A stretch of DNA of 64,000 bases from the NCBI GenBank assembly GCA_946623825.1, contig CAMORN010000001.1, positions 322,246 to 386,245 of the forward strand. Reading direction: 5' to 3'. The notes below the pieces were generated by a model. It saw only the letters and a program-made list of their open reading frames with translations. It did no database searches and had not been told where the DNA came from. Made by a program: the position numbers and the translations under genes. The DNA comes from an uncultured Alphaproteobacteria bacterium. Its GTDB lineage: Bacteria; Pseudomonadota; Alphaproteobacteria; Rs-D84. This document shows, piece by piece, positions 8,313 through 16,308 of the stretch. How positions within the stretch are numbered: the first letter of the stretch is position 1; every line of letters begins with the position of its first letter.

Positions 8313-8523
8313 CAAATACTTGGTTCCCCGTACGGGGCGGGCTGTCAAAAGATTATAAATTGACAAGTCGGGGCATTTGATTTTTCATTTGTCTGAATGT
8401 ACGTCGCTGATTTTTCTTTTCTGACGACGAACCAATCAAAAAAAGTAAAAACAAATTCAATGAAAAACAGATCTGATTATAGACAGGTTTGTTCTTTTAT
8501 TGGAATATAAAAAGGAGAACGGT

Positions 8524-9240
8524 ATGAAAAATACAAATTTACACTCGTCCCTCTTTGTTATAACTTCTTTTTTGGTTGGAATAGTACCAAAAACTAGCAA
8601 AGCGGGTAGTGTGCAATATGCACATGATACAGAAAAAAATGATTCTGTTTATACAATTATGTATGAACCGAGTTATTTAAATTGCTATCCTGTTTTTAGT
8701 CAGGAATTTGTGAACACTATGCAAAAGATGTTTGAAGAAAAAAAGTTATCAAACATAAATCCAGAAAATATACAAAATTTTAATTACACAATATCTTCAT
8801 ACGAAAGATGTGTAAAATATGTATTACCTGATGGCAGTGGTTTTACAAGAAAAAATGGTTCCAGAACATGGCGTAATATGAATCCTGGGGCAATCAGATA
8901 TGGTGAATTTTCTAGACAATATGGTGCCTGTGGAAAAGCTGGCGGATTCGCTGTTTTTCCAACAGAAGAACATGGTATGAATGCATTAAAGGCTTTGTTG
9001 ATGTCACCAAAATATATAAATTTAACAGTGGCAAAGGCAATATATAAATGGGCCCCACCAAGTGATAATAACAACACAAAGTTATATCAAATACATGTGC
9101 AAAAAATTACTGGTATTCCATTAAACAAAAGACTTAGCCAATTGACACCGGCAGAAATAGACCGTGTGGCAACAGCTATCAAAACAATTGAAGGTTGGAA
9201 GGCCGGAATACAAATAAATCAACGTGAATATGGTGGTTAA
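8524..9240 (+). CDS. Secreted protein of unknown function
   Basis: Trimmed to ATG 8524 after AGGAGA. Hydrophobic N-terminus SLFVITSFLVGIVPKTSKA. Conserved-looking block WRNMNPGAIRYG...GGFAVFPTEEHGMNALKALL...WAPPSDNNNT. Confidence 0.65.
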   Translation: MKNTNLHSSLFVITSFLVGIVPKTSKAGSVQYAHDTEKNDSVYTIMYEPSYLNCYPVFSQEFVNTMQKMFEEKKLSNINPENIQNFNYTISSYERCVKYVLPDGSGFTRKNGSRTWRNMNPGAIRYGEFSRQYGACGKAGGFAVFPTEEHGMNALKALLMSPKYINLTVAKAIYKWAPPSDNNNTKLYQIHVQKITGIPLNKRLSQLTPAEIDRVATAIKTIEGWKAGIQINQREYGG

Positions 9241-9245
9241 AAAAC

Positions 9246-9276
9246 AAAACCGACAATTTTGTCGGTTTTTGTTTTT
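9246..9276 (+). terminator. Rho-independent terminator
   Basis: AACCGAC-AATTTT-GTCGGTT hairpin followed by a T-run. Confidence 0.6.
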
Positions 9277-9303
9277 GACTTGTGTTTCTGATTGTGGCAT
9301 AAT
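9275..9303 (+). promoter_or_regulatory. Candidate sigma-70 promoter upstream of cysS
   Basis: TTGACT (9275-9280), 17-nt spacer, CATAAT (9298-9303). Confidence 0.35.
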
Positions 9304-9427
9304 AGCAGTATGACGATATTATTTATAAATTTTTACTGTTGTCGCTAATAATGTTTTTCGCAAACAATATGTTTGCATTGTATTTCGTTTTTTTATATCA
9401 TAACCCTGAAAATCAAAGGATTTTATT

Positions 9428-10852
9428 ATGCAAATTAGATTATTTAACACATTAACTCGTAAAGTAGAAGATTTTGTTCCTATTATTCCAAACCATGTTG
9501 GGTTTTATTCATGCGGTCCAACGGTTTATCATTATGCGCATCTTGGTAATTTAAGAACAATGGTTCATAATGATTTGTTGAAACGTATGTTTTTAGCAAA
9601 CGGTTATGATGTACACCATGTTATGAATATCACCGATGTTGGCCATTTAACAAATGAAGACAACGATTCTGGCGAAGATAAAATGGAAAAGGGTGCGGCG
9701 CGCGACCACAAATCTGTGTGGGATATTGCTAAATTCTATCTTGATGAATTTTTGCACGACAGTGATGATTTGAATATAATGCGTCCAACAGATATGCCAC
9801 GTGCCACAGAATATATTCAGGAACAAATCGAACTGATTCAGAAATTGGAAGAATTGGGTTATACCTATGAAATTTCTGGTGATGGAATTTATTATGATAC
9901 ATCTAAATTTGCAGATTATGGTGCATTGACAGGTGGTTCTTTGTCGGGACAACGTGCGGGGGCGCGTGTTGAATACAATGATGCAAAACGCAATCCTACT
10001 GATTTCGCGTTATGGAAATATTCACCGAAAGATGTTCAACGACAAATGGAATGGGACAGTCCATGGGGTGTTGGTTTCCCAGGTTGGCATACAGAATGCT
10101 GTGTTATGAGCATGAAATTATTGGGTGCGCATTTTGATATTCATACCGGCGGCGAAGATTTGTCACGTGTTCACCATACAAACGAAATTGCACAATCAGA
10201 ACCAATTGTTGGAAAACCTTGGGTTCATTATTGGGTTCATTTCAGTTTCTTGGTTGATAAAAGTGGCGATAAAATGTCTAAATCAAAGGGCGAATTCTTG
10301 GGTATGAACGCTGTTCGCGACAGAAATATTGACCCAATTGTATATCGTTATTGGATTGTGTTGGGGCATTATCAATCACAACTTGCGTTTTCTTTTGATG
10401 CACTTGAATCTGCGGGAACTGGCTATAATAACATTGTTCGTAAAGTGGTCGAATTGTTGACAACCCCAGATGGTGAAATTGATAAAAATGCCTATGATAT
10501 GTGGCATGGTAAAATATTAGCACCGGTATCAGATAACTTAAAAACCGCTGAATCTTTGGTTGTTTTCCAAGATTTATTGAAAGATAAATCTGTTAATAAT
10601 GCAACTAAATTAGAATTGGTAAAATTCGTTGATGAATTATTGGGTTTGTTGTTTGTTAAACATGCCCAAAAAATACGTGAACTTGAAACAGCGGTTGCGC
10701 CAGATGATATCCAAGAATTGGCACAAAAACGTCTGGAAGCCAAGAAATCACGCGATTTTGCAACGGCAGATAATTTGCGTAATCAAATAGATTCTGCGGG
10801 TTGGATGGTTATGGATACACCAGACGGCTATAAACTTGTAAAAAAACAATAA
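9428..10852 (+). CDS. cysS: Cysteine--tRNA ligase
   Basis: Class I signatures HYAHLGN (HIGH) and KMSKS. CGPTVY start and WHTEC zinc site. Confidence 0.92.
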   Translation: MQIRLFNTLTRKVEDFVPIIPNHVGFYSCGPTVYHYAHLGNLRTMVHNDLLKRMFLANGYDVHHVMNITDVGHLTNEDNDSGEDKMEKGAARDHKSVWDIAKFYLDEFLHDSDDLNIMRPTDMPRATEYIQEQIELIQKLEELGYTYEISGDGIYYDTSKFADYGALTGGSLSGQRAGARVEYNDAKRNPTDFALWKYSPKDVQRQMEWDSPWGVGFPGWHTECCVMSMKLLGAHFDIHTGGEDLSRVHHTNEIAQSEPIVGKPWVHYWVHFSFLVDKSGDKMSKSKGEFLGMNAVRDRNIDPIVYRYWIVLGHYQSQLAFSFDALESAGTGYNNIVRKVVELLTTPDGEIDKNAYDMWHGKILAPVSDNLKTAESLVVFQDLLKDKSVNNATKLELVKFVDELLGLLFVKHAQKIRELETAVAPDDIQELAQKRLEAKKSRDFATADNLRNQIDSAGWMVMDTPDGYKLVKKQ

Positions 10853-10923
10853 AATTTTATAAAAAGGTCTTGAATATAGCACTTTTTGTGCTATATTTAT
10901 TCCGTCTTAAAAAGGAAAAATTC

Positions 10924-11451
10924 ATGAATTACCCATATATGCCTAAATCAACAGCCTTGTGGCTTATAGAAAATACAGCTTTAACATTTGAACAAATCGG
11001 TGAATTTTGTGGCTTGCACGAATTGGAAGTCAAAAAAATTGCTGATGCAGAATCAAATAAAATGCAGGGTTTGAACCCAATTATTCACGGTCAAATCACA
11101 CGTGAAGATATTGAAAGATGTGAAGCTGATCCAAATGCACGCTTGGTTTTGCGTGAAGAAATCATAGAAGCACAAAAGAAACAGAATACAAAGGGTGGTG
11201 GTTATACACCAAAATTACACCGTCAAAATCGCTTGGGCGGAATTTTGTGGATTTTGAAAAACTATCCAGATTTGAAAGACAGCCAAATTGCTCGTTTAAT
11301 GCGCAGCACAAAACCAACAGTATCTTCTGTTCGTAATAAAACACATAAATCTTATTCAACGATTCAAATTCAGAATCCTATTGTTCTTGGTCTGGTTTCT
11401 GAATCCGCTTTGCATGAAGCAAACGCAAAGGCACAGAAATCTAGTAAATAA
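10924..11451 (+). CDS. DUF1013 / TrcR-like cell-cycle transcriptional regulator
   Basis: Trimmed to ATG 10924. MPKSTALWLIENTALTFEQIGEFCGLHELEV is the conserved N-terminus of the alphaproteobacterial DUF1013 family. Confidence 0.7.
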   Translation: MNYPYMPKSTALWLIENTALTFEQIGEFCGLHELEVKKIADAESNKMQGLNPIIHGQITREDIERCEADPNARLVLREEIIEAQKKQNTKGGGYTPKLHRQNRLGGILWILKNYPDLKDSQIARLMRSTKPTVSSVRNKTHKSYSTIQIQNPIVLGLVSESALHEANAKAQKSSK

Positions 11452-11491
11452 TTTTTAAAAAGTTTTATTAATAAATAACAAAGGCTTCTTT

Positions 11492-13579
11492 ATGGCAAAA
11501 AAACTTGATGCAGAAACAAAATTTCTTATTGAAAACTCGTTATCAGAGAATTTAAAAGAATTGGCATTTTCTTCATTAGATATGGGATATTTAACCCAAA
11601 TGGATTTTAATGCTGCAATCCAAGCTGATGAAATTCCAGATGAAGAACAAGCAGAAATACTTGAATTTTTTAAACAAGATTTGGAACTTGAAATTATAGA
11701 CACAGACAGCGACAGATTTGCTCGTGATATGGAAAAATATTACGAAGAAGACGATGAAAATTATAATCGTGATAAATCTCGTGATGTGTTGAATGCAGAT
11801 GCAGAACAAGTTGATGTTAATGATGAAGATTATGAACACTATGCAAAGCAATTGGAACGCAGTAATGTTTCAAATATTGTGTTGGGTGGACAAGATTCTG
11901 TTCAATCTTATTTAAAACAAATCGGGGCAGTACAATTATTAACTGCTGCTGGTGAAATTGCTATCGCACAAAGAATAGAAGCTGCATCTCGTTTAATGGT
12001 TTATGGTTTGTGCGAAAGCCCGATGACAATCAAAGCAATGCTGGATTGGTATCAACAATTGTTAAATGGTGATATCAAATTGCGTCATATCATAAATCTT
12101 GAAGTGATGTATTCAAGCGATTCAGAAAAAAAGAATTTAGCTGCATTGGCGGACGCCTTGAAAAACAAAGGTGTGGATCAAGTTGATGATTTAGACGATG
12201 CTGATTTTGATGCATTGGAAGATTCTGTTGATGAAGAAGATGATGAAGACGAAGAATTAGAAGATGGCGAAGACGACAAAAAAGAAGATTCACAACGCAG
12301 TTCTTCTGGTGTGCCAATTCCTGTTATGGAAGAAGCCTTGTACCCAATGGTTACAGATTTGTTTGCTAAAATTAAACGCATATTTACAAGTATGCAAAAA
12401 TTACAAACAAAACGTTTGGAAAATTTATTGGTGTCATCTGAACCTGATGCGGCATTGGAAAAGAAATATACCAAGGCCCGTATGGAATTATTTGAATATG
12501 TCGGTAAAATTCGTTTGAACGACGATAAAATCACAGAAATTATGGAAGAATTAAGCAATCGCAACAAATTGCTTATGGGATTGGAAAACAAAATGTTGCG
12601 TCTTGCAGAATCTTGCAGGGTTAAACGCGAAGATTTCTTGAGTGAATATTTCGGAAATGAATTGAATCGCAATTGGGTTAAAAAATTAGCAAAAAGCAAA
12701 AGTACTGCATGGCAGAATTTTGTTAAAAAATATCAAAACGATATACTTAAGATTCAATCTGATTTGACTGATTTTGCTAAATCAACTGGTCAGCCAACCG
12801 GTGAATATAAAAAGGTTGTTGAATTGGTAAAACGTGGTCAGGCTGAAGCAGCACGTGCAAAACGTGAAATGATAGAAGCCAACCTGCGTTTGGTTATCAA
12901 ATTTGCCAAGAAATCAAGCAACCGTGGTTTGGGACTTGATTTTTCTGATTTGGTTCAAGACGGAAATATTGGTTTGATGAAGGCTGTGGATAAATTTGAT
13001 TATCGTCTTGGAAACAAATTTTCTACATATGCAACAAACTGGATACAACAGGGTATTTCACGTAGTATCGCAGACCAAGCAAGAACAATCAGAATACCTG
13101 TTCATATGATAGATAATATACATAAAATTCAACGCGCAAGCCGTCAATTTATGCATAAATACGGTCGTAATCCAACCGCAGAAGAATTGTCAAAGATTAT
13201 TTATTTGCCAGTAGATAAAATACACAAGGCTATGAAAGTAAATCTTAAACCAATTTCTTTAGAGGCACCTGTTGGAACAGAAGACGACAGTTCAAGATTG
13301 GAAGTTATTGCGGACGAAAATGCAAAAAATCCATTTGTTGCTGCTGCACAAAAGAATTTAGCACACGTTCTTGAAGAAATGTTGCATGATTTAGACCCAA
13401 AAGAAGAAACAGTGTTAAGATTGCGTTTTGGTATTAAATGTCCAACGCACACATTGGAAGAAGTTGGTGAAAAATTAGGCGTTACACGTGAACGTATTCG
13501 TCAGATTGAACAAAAGGCTTTACAGAAACTGCAACACCCAACACGTGCGCGTATCTTAAAGAACTTTTTAGAAAATTAA
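11492..13579 (+). CDS. rpoD: RNA polymerase primary sigma factor
   Basis: Acidic non-conserved region (DDLDDADFDALEDSVDEEDDEDEELEDGEDD). Region 2 LRLVIKFAKK...DLVQDGNIGLMKAVDKFDY..G.KFSTYATNWI. Region 4 LEEVGEKLGVTRERIRQIE. Confidence 0.95.
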   Translation: MAKKLDAETKFLIENSLSENLKELAFSSLDMGYLTQMDFNAAIQADEIPDEEQAEILEFFKQDLELEIIDTDSDRFARDMEKYYEEDDENYNRDKSRDVLNADAEQVDVNDEDYEHYAKQLERSNVSNIVLGGQDSVQSYLKQIGAVQLLTAAGEIAIAQRIEAASRLMVYGLCESPMTIKAMLDWYQQLLNGDIKLRHIINLEVMYSSDSEKKNLAALADALKNKGVDQVDDLDDADFDALEDSVDEEDDEDEELEDGEDDKKEDSQRSSSGVPIPVMEEALYPMVTDLFAKIKRIFTSMQKLQTKRLENLLVSSEPDAALEKKYTKARMELFEYVGKIRLNDDKITEIMEELSNRNKLLMGLENKMLRLAESCRVKREDFLSEYFGNELNRNWVKKLAKSKSTAWQNFVKKYQNDILKIQSDLTDFAKSTGQPTGEYKKVVELVKRGQAEAARAKREMIEANLRLVIKFAKKSSNRGLGLDFSDLVQDGNIGLMKAVDKFDYRLGNKFSTYATNWIQQGISRSIADQARTIRIPVHMIDNIHKIQRASRQFMHKYGRNPTAEELSKIIYLPVDKIHKAMKVNLKPISLEAPVGTEDDSSRLEVIADENAKNPFVAAAQKNLAHVLEEMLHDLDPKEETVLRLRFGIKCPTHTLEEVGEKLGVTRERIRQIEQKALQKLQHPTRARILKNFLEN

Positions 13580-13584
13580 ACATT

Positions 13585-13612
13585 AAAAACCCGTCTTTTG
13601 ATGGGTTTTTAT
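13585..13612 (+). terminator. Rho-independent terminator after rpoD
   Basis: AACCCGTC-TTTT-GATGGGTT hairpin (one G-T pair) followed by a T-run. Confidence 0.55.
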
Positions 13613-13619
13613 TTATAAG

Positions 13620-14240
13620 GTGTTTTATATGTTAGATAAAAATTGGATTTTATTTTGTACTGGGTTGTCGGGAACCGGTAAAACTTATTTTGTTAAAAAT
13701 GTATTGCCACAAAACGCATTTTATAATCTTAAATCTGCGACAACACGTCCAATGCGCGATTACGAACAAGATGGTCGTGAATATTATTTCAGAGATGAAA
13801 AATATTTTGATACACAAAAATTTGCTACGCATTTATGGGTAAATGAAGCTTTCTGGAAAAGTGGCGATTTGAAGTGGTTGTATGGGGTTCCTGAATTTGA
13901 AATATTGCACCATCTGGGGCAAGATTTTACATATGATGTTATTCAACCAAGATATGTTGCAGAAATGATAAACTGGTTTACAAAAACAGGGTTGAACAGT
14001 GCATATAATTATAAAATATTATGGTTCCAACCAAATCCTAATGCGGCAAATATTGTTGAAAAGCGTCAAAATATGCCAAATGATTTAGATGTTCGTCGTG
14101 CAAACACATGTAACGAGCAAGATTTCGCATTTGCGGGGATAAAACCAGATCACAAAGTTATATGTTCACCACAAGGTATTTATATGGATAATAAATTAAA
14201 AAGATTTCTGGCTGATATTGAACGAAACAAAATTAAATGA
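13620..14240 (+). CDS. Guanylate-kinase-like P-loop kinase (divergent)
   Basis: GLSGTGKT P-loop, then ATTRPMRDYEQDGREYYFRDEKYF (Gmk pattern S.TTR.pR.gE.dG.dY.F). The C-terminal half is not obviously Gmk-like. Confidence 0.55.
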   Translation: MFYMLDKNWILFCTGLSGTGKTYFVKNVLPQNAFYNLKSATTRPMRDYEQDGREYYFRDEKYFDTQKFATHLWVNEAFWKSGDLKWLYGVPEFEILHHLGQDFTYDVIQPRYVAEMINWFTKTGLNSAYNYKILWFQPNPNAANIVEKRQNMPNDLDVRRANTCNEQDFAFAGIKPDHKVICSPQGIYMDNKLKRFLADIERNKIK

Positions 14241-14257
14241 TAAATTATTCATAAAAA

Positions 14258-14287
14258 ATAAAAAGCACCGTTTTTGGTGCTTTTTTG
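14258..14287. terminator. Bidirectional terminator
   Basis: AGCACC-GTTTTT-GGTGCT hairpin flanked by an A-run and a T-run, between convergent genes. Confidence 0.6.
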
Positions 14288-14302
14288 TTTCGTTATTCAA
14301 TA

Positions 14303-16219
14303 TTATTTGTTTGTTAAATGTTTATAGATTATGCCCAAATCAGATTTCAATATTGTTGAAACAAGATTTTTTGCTTCATCGGTTTGTTGTGCGCCTTGCA
14401 ATAATTTATCAAAACTGCGAACAAATTGTGTTGCCTGTGAATTTAAAATTTTATCTTTCTTTAATAATTCTTGAATCTGTTTTTTATTAGACGCATTTAA
14501 TATCTTAACTAACCATTTGGCAAATATTTTATTGTCGCCATTGTTGAATTTGTTCCACACAACGGTTGGAATGTCTGCACCAGTAGCACATGTTAAATCT
14601 TTGGAGAGTGCATATAAATTATCAAACACAGATTCTATTGTTGCGGTAAAATCTTTCGCGCTGATAGGTTTAAAAGCTGTTGCAGGGGCGACTTTAATTG
14701 CGTCCATCGGTGCAGATGCGCGCGCAATCATCATTTGTTTGTTTAAACTCTGCATTGCTTCTACTGCCTTGGTATAATCTGTCATTAAATCAATCATTTG
14801 TTGACGAGATTGACCAGATAATTCACCCAATTGTGCGGACGAATTTTGTATATTCACAAGTGATTCTGCAATACTTGTCTTCATTAATTCAATTTTTTCA
14901 ACCAACGCATCAACAATACCTTTGATGTTTTGACTCATTTCTTGAGAGCCTTGTGATAAATCTGGTAATGCTTTGTAATATTTTTCAATTAATTCAGACA
15001 AAGGTTGCAATTGTGCAGTTGTATCTGCAGAAACTTTTATTAACGCATCTGATTGGGTCGATAATTCTTTGTGTGTCTTGATCATTTTTACAAGTGCGTC
15101 GTTTATTCCGATTTCCATGCTCTTGATAGAATCAGCAAATTCAGCAGTTGTATTGTTTGTGTTTTCAAGTGTTGTATTAGCTATGCCAGAAACTTCTTGT
15201 AATTTTGCAAGTATTCCATTTGCAAAATCCGCAATTTCTTTTTTGAAATTGTTTGTCATATCGTTCAATCCCTTACATGTGTTTTCAGTCACTGTACGGG
15301 TTGTAGCGGTAGATTCATCAAAAGCCAATTTCATTTCTGCAAGTTTTCTAAGGTGTCTGTCCAATGAAGATTCTTCCAATCTTGATGCAGAATAAACCAA
15401 ATCAGCGGTTTCTTTCAGGTTTGTTGCGTATCCCTTGATTTCTTTGTTCGTTTTAACATTAAATTCAGATAAATTAGCCAAATAATCCTTCAACATTTTA
15501 TCGTTTTTTCGCATCGTTTCATCGTATTCTGTTGCAGATGTTTTTACATTATTAAAACCTTCAGAAACATTTGTTGATAAATCTGATAATTGTTGTTGCA
15601 GACCATTTGCTGTTGTGGTCATTTCATTCATTTTAGTTGTGTTTTCTTCAAAAGAATTTTGCAATTGTTCAGATATCTGTTGATGAGATACGATGCATTG
15701 GTTTATATGTTCTTGAATTTTTTCTGAATTTTCGGTTGTTGTTTGTGCTGTTTCTTTCATGCGATTAATTAAATTATCTGTGTTTGCCAGAAAATTGTTA
15801 GCAGATGTTTGCATATCTGACCATTCGCCAGAATAGACGACACGATTTAACCCATCTATTGTGTTTTCTATGCGTTGCGACATATTTGCTATTTTTTTAA
15901 CAGCATCTTCTGCGGTAGTTAAAATTTTATCGTTTTCTTCGCCCAGTGATTTTTTGATTTTTTCGGTATCTGCAATTTGTTGTTTCATGATATCAGACAT
16001 AGATTGAAAATTGTCATTTATCTTTGTTATTTCGTCTTTCAATATAACCTGTAAAACACGCGTTGCATTTTGTATTTTTGCCTGTTCAGGATTTGTTATG
16101 ATTTCTAATAAATCACGCATAACCCGTTGAGATTTGCGAGAAATAAAGAAAAGACAAATTAAGCTTATGAATAACAATCCACCAAATACGGATAAAATTA
16201 TAAATAATGGTTGGTTCAT
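14303..16219 (-). CDS. Membrane-anchored long coiled-coil protein (638 aa), function unknown
   Basis: N-terminal TM PLFIILSVFGGLLFISLICLFFI, then about 500 aa of heptad-like, Asn/Thr/Glu/Lys-rich sequence, then a distinct C-terminal block (IPTVVWNKFNNGDNKIFAKWLVKIL). Confidence 0.6.
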   Translation of the reverse strand: MNQPLFIILSVFGGLLFISLICLFFISRKSQRVMRDLLEIITNPEQAKIQNATRVLQVILKDEITKINDNFQSMSDIMKQQIADTEKIKKSLGEENDKILTTAEDAVKKIANMSQRIENTIDGLNRVVYSGEWSDMQTSANNFLANTDNLINRMKETAQTTTENSEKIQEHINQCIVSHQQISEQLQNSFEENTTKMNEMTTTANGLQQQLSDLSTNVSEGFNNVKTSATEYDETMRKNDKMLKDYLANLSEFNVKTNKEIKGYATNLKETADLVYSASRLEESSLDRHLRKLAEMKLAFDESTATTRTVTENTCKGLNDMTNNFKKEIADFANGILAKLQEVSGIANTTLENTNNTTAEFADSIKSMEIGINDALVKMIKTHKELSTQSDALIKVSADTTAQLQPLSELIEKYYKALPDLSQGSQEMSQNIKGIVDALVEKIELMKTSIAESLVNIQNSSAQLGELSGQSRQQMIDLMTDYTKAVEAMQSLNKQMMIARASAPMDAIKVAPATAFKPISAKDFTATIESVFDNLYALSKDLTCATGADIPTVVWNKFNNGDNKIFAKWLVKILNASNKKQIQELLKKDKILNSQATQFVRSFDKLLQGAQQTDEAKNLVSTILKSDLGIIYKHLTNK

Positions 16220-16308
16220 GATGTTTTTCTCCCGAGATAAAAAAATAACTTCCTTGCAGTACAGTAAAATTTATACTAAAATTATTTTAATAAAGCAAGG
16301 GGATAATC

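Noticed and set aside
8071-9267. Two hairpins with the same 7-bp stem (AACCGAC/GTCGGTT) at 8071-8090 and 9248-9267, bracketing tRNA-Ser and the 238-aa gene. I considered whether they are a repeat element or cassette boundary.
   Set aside because: The loops differ and the flanks are unrelated. Both function plausibly as ordinary terminators, and the match is too short to call a repeat family.
12178-12699. 173-aa Ser-rich ORF (…SSSPSSNSSSSSSSSSTESS…) on the minus strand.
   Set aside because: It is antisense to rpoD. The Ser run is the mirror image of the GAA/GAT-rich acidic linker of sigma-70. It is entirely contained in a high-confidence gene.
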